Origin: an uncultured virus (IMG/VR IMGVR_UViG_3300035498_000616)
Lineage: Duplodnaviria > Heunggongvirae > Uroviricota > Caudoviricetes
Strand: one strand, 5' to 3'
DNA: 64,000 nt
IMG/VR virus record: IMGVR_UViG_3300035498_000616
Each line of letters opens with the position of its first letter. The first letter of the stretch is position 1. The notes under the pieces were generated by a model that had not been told where the DNA came from, searched no databases, and worked only from the letters and a program-made list of their open reading frames with translations. Below are positions 21,601 to 35,500 of the stretch, piece after piece. Position numbers and translations under genes: made by a program.

Positions 21601-24600
21601 TCAACATCTCCATCTTCTGTTAAATTAACTTTAATTTTCTTTGGTACTGGAATTTGTTTACTTTTTTCAAATGATTCTGATGTACTATAATCAAACAATG
21701 TACTCCATCCAATATAACCTCCATTAGAATCGTAGCTTTGTCCCATGATATATGCTTTATCAATATCAAGGTCAGATCCTTGTAAATAGAATTGGAAGTG
21801 ACTCACATAAGCCATATTTTTATCATTTAATGTCCATCCAACATTACGCATAGACATAAATGACTAAAGTGTTTGAGCAGGGATACGTGAAGAAATAAAA
21901 TTTTGAGAATCTAAGAAAGAAATCCAAGTTTTATGTGCTAATTTTTTATTAAATTCTTTTTCTAGCTACTATAATTTTAATTTATTTTGTTTTCTATTCT
22001 CAGCCCTAACTTCTTTTCTTTTCTTTATTTGTTCTTCTGTAAGTTTAGCTTTTTTACCTTTTTCATCTAAAACAACAGAATCGTCGTCAGTATCAATAGC
22101 ATCAAACTGTGCATTTAATAAATCTTTTACTGCTTGATCAATATAATTATTTGAATCAATAAAAGAACATGCAGTTCTTAATTTTTTAATATCTTTATCT
22201 GAATATTTACCGTAACGATTTAAATGAATATTACGATATGATCCCGATTGAAACATATTTAATAATATTTTAGCACGTTGTTTTTGTGCGTCTTTCATTA
22301 ACTATGGAAAGTTTGGATCATCAGAAGATATTTCTTTTCCGTTATTAAAAACTTTAATAAAAGTATCAATAGGAGCTAGTTGATAAAGAACATTATCTTT
22401 ATAATAAACTTCTTTATCATTAGTATATTTATCCATTACTCGATATTGATTAACATACATAACTTTTCTTTTTACAGATGTTAAATCTTTTGGATTATCG
22501 AGCATAAACATATTATCCTCTTCTGTATAATTATTACCTTTGTTATCGTAAAATATTAATTTTCCAACACCGTTTCTTTCACAAGTAACAGTATCGTCAT
22601 CTATCCAAGCTCCGACTTTATATAAAGGATGATTATTTTTTACAAGATAAATTTCTCCTTTTTCATTTGTTTGTAACTGATTGTTATTAAATTCAACCTT
22701 TCGAATTAATTCTGATTCTTTAACTGGTTTAAATGTTACAAGCAAATTTTTCCCATCTTCATTTAAAAATGCTAAATCATATCCAGAATATTGAGGAGGA
22801 ACAAATTTATTAATTTTTTTCAAGAAATAATCTTCACCTTGTTCTAATATTTCAGATAAAGATTCATCTTTAATTCCGAACTTATCTTTATACATATTAG
22901 ACAAAATAAGTTCAGCAGCTGTATTTTCTAATGTTCCCTTTTCAATATCTTTAACTACATCATCGTCGTCAGTAAATTGTCCAGCTTGAATTCTATGTAA
23001 TTCATCCTAAATTAATGTACGATAATTAACATTTTTAAATTCAGGATTTGTATATGCTTCACGAATATGTTTAAAATCAAAAATATTACGATATTTAAGA
23101 TTTCCATTAGCATCAGCATATTGCCATCTGATTAAAGAAGGACGTAAATTGTGAGCTTCAGTTACGTTCACTTGATAACGATAACGAGACGTTTCTTTTA
23201 CTTTTTTAAATTCGTTTACTGGAATTACTGAAACATTATTATCTTTATCAAAATAAGCAACTTCATAAGGTTCTCCGACTTTTTCAAAACCATCAACTGT
23301 AGAAATACGATTATAACCAGAAATAGATCCTTTAGTTAATCCACCACGTTTAGTTTTTAACTGTTCTTCCGTTGTCGGAGATAATCTTACAACAGCATTT
23401 AACGGAAGAATATCCAAAGATGCGTTAAGCAATCTCATTTTTTGTTCTTCTGTAAACTAAACATCAGATCCCCAAGGAACTCTTCTTTGAGTCGTTTCAT
23501 CAAAATTTCCAGTTCTAAAATGTATATTATATTTACCAGTTGGAGTAATGGTTTGTTTTCCATCTTCATCAGTTTTAGTTAATACTTCTCTTTCAATTCT
23601 AAACGATGCATTAGGACTATCGTTTAATATAATATCAAATTTTCCTTTTTTCCAATCTGATTTAATTTTTACATTGTAATATCTTTCAGATTGAGTAATA
23701 TTACTTTTAAAACGATAGTAGTCATCTAAGCTATCAAGTTTGATAGCATCTCCAACCTAATTTCCTTCACTATCAATCAAATTAACTATATCGGAAGGCA
23801 TAAACCAAGAATAATCATCAGTAACTTCAATTTCGTTCTACTTTTTCTTAAGATAGTTACGAATCATTTGTCGATCGTTATCTAATTCATATTCTCCTTT
23901 ATAAGCCTTCATTGCGTTAACTAACTCAACACGAGTTCGGAAACTACTATTTAAATAATATTTTTTATTTCTGTAAGTAATAACAGGAATCTTACCTCCT
24001 CCTTTTACTTCTTCTTCAGTATATTCTTTTCTAGCTTTAAGAATTTCCCACAATTCATTATCATAATCCTATTTTGCTTTCTTTAAAATATCCCAAGACA
24101 TGTATTTCTATCCATTTAATTCAAAATACATGGCTGAACCATAAGCTCCAACTAAGACTGCTCCTGTTCCAGGATGTTTACGTTTAATAGCTGTTTTATT
24201 AACAGTTGATGCAATTGTTGCAATAAAATCAGAATATATATTTGGATCACTAAAAGGAATTTTTACAGAATCATCATTATGATTACTATTTTTATAAAAT
24301 ACATTATTTACAGCTTGTAATATAATGTGCTATAAATTCTCTTTATTTTTAATACTAGCATTAGCCATAAGAATTCTTCCGACAGCTTCATAAAATTCTG
24401 ATTTAGCTTTTTCAGGATTATCAGTCTATGATAAAAAGTTCTTTGCTTTATCAAGCAACTACCTTTGAGATGAAACGGCTGCATATCCTAAACTAGAAAA
24501 AATTTCAGTCGGATAAGGAGTATATCCATAAGCTGAAGTTGCTGTAATTACCTATGAAAACTCTGTTAATTCAGAATCAATAACTTCGTGATCTGCATTC

Positions 24601-27600
24601 ATTTGCATACCAAGACCATCAGTATCTGCGTCAAAAAAAGTTAATTTAGAATCATCAGTCCAAGCAGATGTTTGATTAATATTTTTTGCTCCGTTTTTAA
24701 CAGCTGTATTGTTTAAAACATATCCAATATGATATTTTTTTAAAGGTTGAACATAGTGCGTTTGATTAATAATTTTAGATTTATCACCTTCAACTTTACT
24801 TCCTACATTATTCATAAATGAAACAACAACTTCATTTACAAATTCAGAAGCATTTCCTTTCTAATCGACACAATGTAAACCTCCTAAACTTTCCCATAAT
24901 TCATATAAAGAATTAATAGTCCGTTTGTCAGTTAATTCTTTAGGATAATTCTAATCAATACCCAATTCTGTTTTAATATGTTTACCGTTTTCATCAAAAG
25001 TGTGATATACTTTCTTTTCAGATCCGTCAACTAAAGATTTAATATTTTTTTCAATCGTATAATAAGTTCCGTGACTTTTTCCGAATCCAATTATTTCAAT
25101 TGTTTCTCCATATTCATTTTTATAGAAAAGACGATTAGAATTAGTCCAATCATCTCCATCTTTAGTATTTTGTAAAATACAACCTTCCCAGTATTGAGTG
25201 CTCTTATTTTGCATATCACCTAATATATAGTGATGCATCAAATCAACATCGCCTTCCCACTATAAATCAGTCATTTTCTTAAATAACTTTAACAAACTAA
25301 AGTCGGAATTTTGAGACATTAACATAGCTTCATTGGTAGTTGTATTGGTAGCAAATTTAGCTAAAAATGCAGTACATCCATTTGCGTCAAAACTATGCCA
25401 AATAGGTTTCTTTGTAAATCCTACTGCTTGTGAACCTAACGCTTTATTTTCTAAGATACACTAAAATGGATTGATATATCCTAATCCATCATGTGGTTTC
25501 TAATTATCTGATTCTCCACGATAATTAAAAACTGGAGCTTTCATATCATAAATAACAGCACATTTAGTCTTAGCTAAACATCCATCAATAGTGTCGCCAG
25601 ATAAATACTACAAGGTTGCAGGAATAATTACATTACGTTTGAACTGCGTACCTTGTGCTGTATTCATAATAGAAGTCATCGTATTTTCATAAACTGCTCT
25701 TAATATACTGTCGTTATTAGCATCTTTCAAGTCACTAACTGAACGAGTACCCAATATTTCATTACGAATATTCTAATATATAACTTCACTAAGTTGTCCA
25801 TTTGAATCACGAAATAAATCTTTTGATTCTTTCAAATCATTGAGAGTTTTCGCTTTCTTGATAAGATTATATAAATTTTGAGATTTATCAGGATGATTAA
25901 TTTCAGATCCAGTTAATGACATACGCATATTATTAGAATATAATCCTTCAAGATAAAAGAATTTATCTAATAAAGGATTTAATTCTACTGAATAATCATG
26001 ATTAATTTTATCATCAATAATATTTGTTACTGTTCCGTCTTCATTTGTTTGTTTACCTAAAATTAAATATCCTGTTTTTTCATCAACCCAATTTTTAAAG
26101 AAATCTGATCTATCAGAAAATTTAGGAAATACAGCATAAATAATTTTTAAAATTTGGTTGTTATAATCAACTTTACTATTTGGATTAAGAAAATCTACAT
26201 ATTTCTAATTGAATCCTAATACCTAAACTAAAAAATTAGCATTAATCAAGTTGTCAATAAAGAATTTCTTCTAATTTTCTAATGTTTTGTCTAAATTATC
26301 ACGATTAGCATATAAATCATTAGCGTAATATTCGAGAATTTCATTTACGTCAAGATATTCCTTATTATCACTTCCTTTTAATTTTCTATAATCTTTATCA
26401 AGTTCAAAGTCAACTCCAACTTCTGATCCTAACTAAATCAATTCAGATTCATTAATAGAATGTAATAATTGACGAATATCATAATTTGTTCCATTATTAG
26501 CATTATAATAATCGGTTACCGCCTATAATTTCTGTTGATTATCTCTCCAAATTTCTTTATACGTTTCTCCAACAGTTGAGATATATTTATCAATAATAAT
26601 ATCTTTATAGTTATCACTTTTTAAAATATCTCTATCATTTGCAGTTTTAGCATCAATTAAATTGGTAGAAATTAAATAATTAATAAAGGTTGTTTTATCA
26701 GAATATGTTGTCGGCTATATAATTACATTTCCATCCTAAACATACTATCCCCAAAATTTATTAAACATAGCATGGTGAAACAATTCTCCAGAAGTAAAAC
26801 TTTTAACAGCAAGTTTATCAAGATTAGCAGTAGTTACTTCTAAATCATGCGGAATAGATTTAACTAAACTACTATTTTTAACGAATAATAAATTAGAAGC
26901 ACTATTAGAGTCACGCTATTTTCTTAAATAATACATTAATTCTGTTCCAAGTTTATTTACTCCGTTGTTAGGAATGTTATTACCTTGATTATCTTTAGTT
27001 GTTGATTTAGAAGCATCGCCAGCAATAATAGATTTTGCATCAGCTAATTGCTATAATACACCATCACTATAATTAGCAATAACGTATTTAACTTCATTGA
27101 ACATTTCCGAAAACCATTTGTTTTTTAACTTATTATTTCCATAAGTTAAATACTATGAATTTTTAGAATCAGTTAAATATTGTTTTAGTGTTTTGTCGCC
27201 TTTTTCTTCATATTTTGAATTAACGTATGCAGCTCTCATTGCTAATGCTACTAATGGTTCTAAATAGTATTTACCACCAGTATCATCATTTTGAACATAT
27301 CCTTGTTTGTACGTACTTAAAACAGGAAGCATTACGTCAGGATTTGTTGTAAATCCAAGTCCAAGATGATCATCAATAAACTCTAAAACAGATTTTAAAA
27401 GTTTTTCATCATCACTATAAGTAAAATTATAATCCGCTAAAGTTTCTTTTTGATCTTTTTCAAAAATATATTTCTACTAAAAATCAATCAGGTCAATATC
27501 GTTTAATCGTTTAAATAAGTCCGAATCAGAAAAATCAAGATTTGCACTATTCTCAAGAATTCCTCCAAGTACAGCATTTTTACAAGTTAATGTAAATAAT

Positions 27601-29561
27601 TCATCGCCAATTTGTACACTGTACTCTAGATTATCTACGTTTTCAGAATATTTAAAATTATATTTCTAACGTAAATTAGCGCATTCTTCAGTAGTACGAT
27701 CTGCATTAACTTTTCTATTTATATCCTGAATGAATACATTAGTAATTTTATTATTAAAATATTTTCTTTTAATTTTAACATGTGTAGTTCCATCGGTTCC
27801 GATATTACATTCAAGGTAATCCATAATAGTATTTCTATCAGCAATAGATGCAATTTCAGAACACAACTAATAAATTTTTCCAGTTCCTTGAGCAATTGTT
27901 CTAGTTTCTGTATTAATCAACGATTCAGAATTTTCTTTATCGAATACTGATTTAAATACTGAATACAATACGTTAATATCTCCAGGAGTTAATAACTTAG
28001 TTTTATTAATTTTGTCAATTAACGGACTAGTTGGATTAAACAAAGCATTTAATATATTATAATATCTTTCAGTAGGAGCTGCGTGAATTTTAAACGCGTT
28101 AGTGTATAATTCTTGCACAGATTTATTTGAAATAGAATCTCCTGACCATTTAATATTATTAAATAATAAATCGTAAGTTAAATGTTTTAACGCAAAAATA
28201 AAAGATACTGGGTTTGCACGTTTATTAATATATTTGCCAGAATGATAATCGTATATGTGAATTTGGTTCAAAATATTTTTAGCTAACGTAGCCATATATT
28301 TTTCTGCGTCAACACTTTCTCCTTGTTGCCAAGATGCTTTTTGACTAGAAATATCGTGGTGATATGAATACTTTTTCGGATCTCCGTCCTCAATTCCACT
28401 TAAACCTCTACTAATATTAAAATCTTTCCCGAATGTTTTCTTTAATAACTCATCAAAATGAGTAAGCATTGTATAAGCCTGCGAAGCGGTTAATAAATTT
28501 CTAGAATCAGTTTCAATATCTTCTAATACTTCAAGAACTGTTTTATCACCAATTTTAATGGTTTGTAATTCAGGTTTAGTATTGATTAATCGTCTAATAA
28601 ATTTATAATATCGTGATTTTTCAGAACCTTCAAATAACGACACTTTAGCTGAATTGAAACCAGTATTTCCAAATTTATTTTCTAGTCTTTTCTTAAAATC
28701 TTCATTTGAATCAATTAACGTGCTAACTAATATTTTATATAAATCGGTTTTATTCTTTCTATCCTCGTTATTATTTAATTTTCTCTAAGCGTCGTTAATA
28801 TCAGTTTGAAAATTATTAAGCTTTTTTACATAGTTATAAAATATATCCTGAGCTAAATAATATTTTGGACCAATGAATTTACCTGTATCATCAAACATAA
28901 AATCGGGCAAATTCTATATTTTACTATCTGAAGGCATTTCTTGTTTGAGAAACGAAACCATCTATTTATAGAATATATTTTTAATATTCTGCATGTTATG
29001 ATTTAATATAGTATTATCTCTCGCAACAATAGTTCCATCGTTTGAATTTCTATATGCTGCAAACATAACCCAGTCAGTAAATTTTTCTTCAATACTAGAA
29101 ATAATATTATAAGATCCATTTCCATATAAATCTTTATAATGCTCATTTAAATCATTAACAGCTTTATCGTGAATTGCAGAATCAGTTCTGGTTTCTTGAT
29201 CTTCATCTTCAAGAACTTTAATTTTTTGAGATTCATCAATTTCAATCTAAAATTCATTAGATACATATTCTTGCAATTCTTTTAAATCTGCTAATGTAGC
29301 ATTTTTAACTCCTCCTGCATTAATCTTAGCTGCATATTTTCCAATAAGAGAATTAAAGTCCTCCATGAACTAATCCATGGAGGCTTTATATTCTTCGGTT
29401 GAATTTTCTGTTTTTACAACTGTTGCTTTGAATCCTTTATTAGTTAACCAAGTTCCAAAACTTTCAGTATCTTTATTTTCAGAAGATAAATATTTTCTTA
29501 TCTCATTATTCAAAATTATTTTATCGCCAGATTGATACGATATTCCACATGTTTTTTTCAT
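18696..29561 (-). CDS. virion-packaged DNA-dependent RNA polymerase catalytic subunit, 3621 aa (TAG=Gln)
   Basis: Thirteen fragments share one frame. Catalytic GSDLDIDK (~21756-21779), SRIPAQTL(Q)SFM, HDGLGYINPF (~25460-25495) and SAATDNAKE are typical of crAss-like RNAPs. Confidence 0.88.
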
Positions 29562-32500
29562 TAGCAATTATTATCAATTAATTTCTCATAATATTCGTCA
29601 TAATTGTCTGACAAATAATCGTTAATCTCTTCAAATTCATCACCAAATAATTCTCTTAATTTATTAGCTTTTTCTTCATCAGATATTTCTAACTAATTAA
29701 GATCATTCAAAGTTTGTTTAAATGATTCAACTAAATCGGAATCTACCGAATCACCAAAATCAATTTTATTAATATAATCAATTAATGTTTCTCCATCATA
29801 TTTTTCTGATTCCCAGTATGATTTTTTAGTTTCTACAGGTTTTTTAGTTTCTGTCGTTTCTTCAGATTCTGTAAGAGTTCCATTTTTCATTAAATAACAT
29901 TCAGAATTATCATCAAATTTAAATATTACTTTATCTGTTGTAGACATATAATCTACAACTTTCTTTCCAAATAACTATTCAATATATTCTAATGGAGTTA
30001 CCGTCATAACATCACCTGAATCCGGTAATATGTATAAAGAATCACTATCAGAATTAAATAAAGCTTTTAAGTTAGATACACTTTTTGCTTTATTGTAAAG
30101 ATTATTTAAAATTGATTTATTCTAATCATTAATTAATTCATTCAAACCTGCAATATCGTTCGAGTATAAGTCGTCAAATTCATTTGCTCTTGCTAAAAGT
30201 TCTGATCCTTTTGGATATGCTGTTTCAAAACTTTCTCCTTCTTTTTTAGTTGGAGTTGTAGGTTTTATTTCATCTCTTCCAAAATCATCACTAAGTAAAA
30301 CGTCTAAATTTAAACTAACTCCTGTATGTCGCATATCCACATCAACAGTGAAAAATGAAGGATCGGTATTTCCAGTATAAAAAACAGCTTTTTTATCATC
30401 ACCGTCAATCGTAATCACTTCACCTTTTTGAACAATATCAGGATTAACAAAGAATCCGTTTTTAAATCGAGCGTCAGTCATTTGCATTACTTTTCCGCCG
30501 CCCACTGAAGGTTTATGAATATCTTCAATAGTTCCGTGAAAAATTAAATCAAACATATCAATTAAAGATCTATCAGGTAAATCTTCCGATCCTAAACCAG
30601 TATCTCGTTCGGTTTTAAGAGCATAAGCTCCGCCTTCACCGTTAAACCAAGATGTTAATTGAACATGTTTAACTTGATCATTTCCATTAGAATCTTTTGT
30701 GAAAATATCAGCAGATTTAGGAATATCTGCTTCCCAATTTTCAGTATGTCTTTGCATCCATGTAGTACCACGAATAATCGTAGTTACTAATTTAGGCACA
30801 GCGGACCACAGCATTCCATCAGGATAAGCAATACTAGAACCGTCAGCTTCAATAGTTAATCCACTACTTTGTCTATATTTAACTACATCAGATAAACTAC
30901 GTCTATGTGAAGCTTGTTCTAAATCAATTAATTCTTTTTTGTCCCAAGGATTCTTTTTAACTTTCTTACCATCAACTTCTTCAATATCATGATATAGTTT
31001 TAATCCTAAACCTACTTCAGATGTTAAATAAGGATCAATGATAAGCCTCATCATACTTTGAAATTTATTAAGTGTTTCTGGATCAATTACTAATAAATTT
31101 GCTTTATCAGTATCATAACAATTACCAACGCTAAATTGCTAAATGTGAAATCCATTTTTATCAGAAGCACCTAGTCTAAATGTAGGTATATCTTTTAAAT
31201 CTTCCAAATTAAATTTGTTAAGATTCTCAAGATCACTTTCTGTTACAGATTTTCCAGATAAATATCGTGCTCGTTCATCAGAACTAATTGTAGAATTTCT
31301 ATATAAATAATTTTGAGCTTCTAGAATATTTGTAACTTTATTAGAGTCATAATGATTTTTATTTACCCATTCGTCGTATTTATCTTTAAACTAAAGCATT
31401 GCTGCATTAAAGTTCCACATTGAAACAAACATTGAGATTCCTAAATAGTTTTGTCTAAAAGGAAGAGCACTTTCTTTTCCTTCTGCAAATTCATCTAAGA
31501 ACTTCTAATCGCACATTTGTCCCATTGTGATACCGTAATTATTTAATTTAATCATACGTACTCTCGGAGTATGAAGCTCAGGATTTTGTTTTTGTTGAAC
31601 GTATAAGTTAGGTAAATCATCAGGCGAAAGTGTCATATCATCCGAGACAAATATAACAGCTTTACCGCTAATTTTCTAATCAACGTTAATATAATTATTT
31701 TTTCCTGAATAAACATATACTTTAGATATTACATATCCAGGATTTTTATTTGTAAAAGTAACACTGTCAAAAGTACCAGTTTCATTAGGATTTCTATATC
31801 CATCAAGTCTAATATCAGATCCAGATCTTTTCTTAAACCATGTTTTCTAATTAAGACGAATCATCGAGCTTGGAATTTTTTTGTAAAATTTTCCATCGCT
31901 TTCAAATTGGTCAATCCATGATTGGAATTTATCCTTATATTTACTAGCTTGTGTATCAATCGTGTCTCTAATATTTGTTAATCTTGTTTTTTCTTCGCCT
32001 GTAGCTTTAGCAATTCTTTCATTTAAATTATTTTTAATCGTAGAAAGATTATTAATTAACGTCCTCGGATTATTTAATCCACAAATGTCAAAAATACATT
32101 CTCTTCCTGCTTTATTTTTTACTTTAAATACAAGATTAACTATATATCGTTTTCCATTCCACTCAAGACCAACTTCTTTTAATCCACCAATCGGAGTAAG
32201 TTCGTCTGTTTGTCTAATTTCAATTGCATATTCTCCATTTTCCCAATCTTCTTTTCTGAACTTATTACGAATACTATCATCAATTACATAACGACCAAAT
32301 TCCTCTTCATCCATAGTATGATTATATAATAATATGGATTTAAGAGTATATAATCGGTTTTGCATTGCAATTTTTTCAGAATACCAAAATGCTCGTTTTT
32401 CATTTTTTTCATCAGGATCAAACAAAGCTTGACAATTTCGTAAAGGTCCATCAGTAGGAAACTTAATAACCCAAGATTTACCTTTATATTCTTTTCCGTC

Positions 32501-35500
32501 TTTGGTTACTGTTTCTTCTTCACCTTCTTCTGCTCCAATGAATGTAACATCTCCATATCCTTCAAGATCAAACTCAGATGAAGCATAAGAAGTTGTATCT
32601 TTTGAATCATCTTCTATTTCAGATTCAAATTCTTCGTCAAAAAATTCATCAAGTTTTTTATCTGTATCACTTGTTTCTGGATCATGAAAATCAGTTGGTG
32701 AAATAGCAGAATCTGGACTAGTTGTAGGTGACACAGGACTACTAGTTGAAGTTGTTGTAGTAGTAGAACTTGCTGGAGTAGTTGTAGCAGAACTACTTGA
32801 AGTAGTAGGACTAGTTGGTGACGCAGGACTACTAGGAGTTGAAGTAGTTAGATCTGGAATTAATTTATCATCAGCATTAGATAAATCAAACTAATTTAAA
32901 ACATTTAATTTCTTTTCAATTAATCTATCTATTGCAGATTTTCCGTCAATTTTATCATTCAAACTAGGAGCTTTAGCTTGATATTCTGAAATGTTATTTT
33001 TTCCAATGATATTAGATAAACCTCTATCAATAAATATCGCAGCTTCTTTACCGCGACTCATTAATGTATATAAAGTCTATAAAAATTTACGAGCACCTAG
33101 TAAATCATTAACACTGTCAAAATTATGATCAATTACAACATAATCAAACTCCTAACCTTGCATTTTTTCTACAGATAATTCAACAGGATTAATACCTTCT
33201 GCTTTCAACTACGAAAGCGTACTTGAAGTAGTTGGACCAATAAATCCCACTGTTTTAGTCGCAGAAATTGTTTTTAATTTTTTAATAAGATCCGTGTCTA
33301 ATGATGAAGTTATCAAATCACCATTAATTTCATCTCCATTAAATACTCGCAAATTAAATTTGCTCATTGCATTTAGTACATTAGGAAAATATGTACCAAA
33401 TTCAGAAGCTGTGTGTTTTTCAATAAGATCCATTGTTTCATCTAATGTGTTTCCAACAATATCCAAATTTTCTTGTTTTTGAATATTATTATCACGTAAT
33501 GATGTTGTTAATCTTGGAGTTCTTACTGCAAACACATCATATTTTCGAATATTATTTATATCTCCATTTGCTGAATATCCAAGCTAACGAGGATCTCCGA
33601 CTAAGATTAATTCTCCACCTACAGATTTCATATAATTATTAAGAATAGCTGCACTAATACTATTTAAATGTGTAGCTTCATCAATAACAATCATTCTAGG
33701 AATTTTATCAAGTTTCTAGAATGTAATAGGAGCTGTATCTTTTAAAATCGGAGTAGAAAAATCATCTTTGTCAAGCGATAACTCAAAATACGGATTATCA
33801 ACAGTAGGTGTATTATAAGCGTTTCGTAATTCGTTATATGTAGCTTCTCCGACTATTTTTACCATTAATTCGTCAATAGTCATACGAGTATTAACATTTA
33901 ACGATTTTCCGAGACTTGTATATTGTGTTTCAGTCGGACCGCAAGCAATTATATCATCTTTATCTATTCCACAATCAGCAATATGCTTTACAACAACACT
34001 GGTCTTACCTGCTCCTGCTCCACCTGTAATAATTGTTGTATTAGATAAAAATAATTTATCACTTCCTGACTTTTTATAACCATAACTGATAATATCTCTA
34101 AATTGTTGATTAAATCCAGCAAGAGCTAATCTAGCTCCATACTCCTAACTGGTAATTGGAGCAATATTGTGATCATTATCAATTTTCTTTTTAATATAGT
34201 TGTAAAATGTTGCAGGATTCTGTGTTAATACAGAAGCAAAATATAAAAACTTATCGTAATCAGTAAATGATTTCAAATCTGCATTAATTGCAGAAATATT
34301 CTATTTTTTAATATTAGAAAGATCAACTAATTTATCGAATAGCTGCGTTTTCTCTAGAAATTCAGTAATAGTTAATCCGCTATCCTTTAATGCTTTCTAA
34401 AAATTAGAATAAAGTAATTTTTCAACATTATATACAGGAACACCAACTTCATCAGTATCAACTTTTCCTGTATCAATAGAACTGATTCCTTCGAGTAAAT
34501 CATATTCTTTATCATCAACTTTTACATGAAACTTAGGTAATGAATCTTGATAAGTTTCCCAAATTGCTTTTTGAAATGCTTCATCTCCTCTAACAAACTA
34601 TGCAGATTTATTAATTCTGTTTCTGTTTGATAAATTAATCCAAAATTCCAATTCACCCTAATAATTAACTAATGCTTGATTAAAAGCTAATGAATAATCT
34701 GAATCTATTTCAGGCAATTCTTTCCAATTACGTACAACATCTTTATGATTTCTTGCAAATTCATTAATCATTTTATTGTGACCAATTGGATTTTCAAGAT
34801 TAGATGTTGAGGATGCAGCATATAAATATGTAGAAACTAAAGAAAGAATATCTTTAGTATTTTGTAATGTTTTAATTTTAGTTTCATCAAGAGTAAGATC
34901 TTGAATATCATCAATAGTTTCGGCATCGGATTGAATTTTCTACAAAAGTTCAAATGCATCTTTTGCTTCTTTGCCGTCAAGAGTTTTTCCAGCTAATGTT
35001 TTAAATAATTCATCAACAGGATTTATCAAAGTTGTATCAAGACTATTACTGAATTTCACAATTGCGTTATTCTTTATATTATTAATGATTCCAGAAAATT
35101 GAGAATCAGCATATGAATAACGATTCTAAATAAATTGTTTTAAATTAGCATATCCATCATCCAAACTACTATATGTTGTGTGATCAATTGAATCTACATT
35201 AAACAAATTCAATTCTGATGCTAGTACGTCTCCTCCTAAATATCCTTGTAACTAATCAACAATATCCAAGATTTCTTTAATTTTTTCAGGGCTTTCTGAA
35301 GCAATTAACGAATCAGGATTCATACTTGGATCGAATTCATTAAGAGCATATTCTTCTCCTTCTTCATCAGATTTAATATTTATTTCAGCCTATAAAGTAT
35401 TTCCAGATTCAAGTTCAACATGATATAACTTATTAATTAAATCTTTAACTTCAGATCCAGTTTTCTCAATCTTAGATTTATTAATTAAATCAGAAATTTC

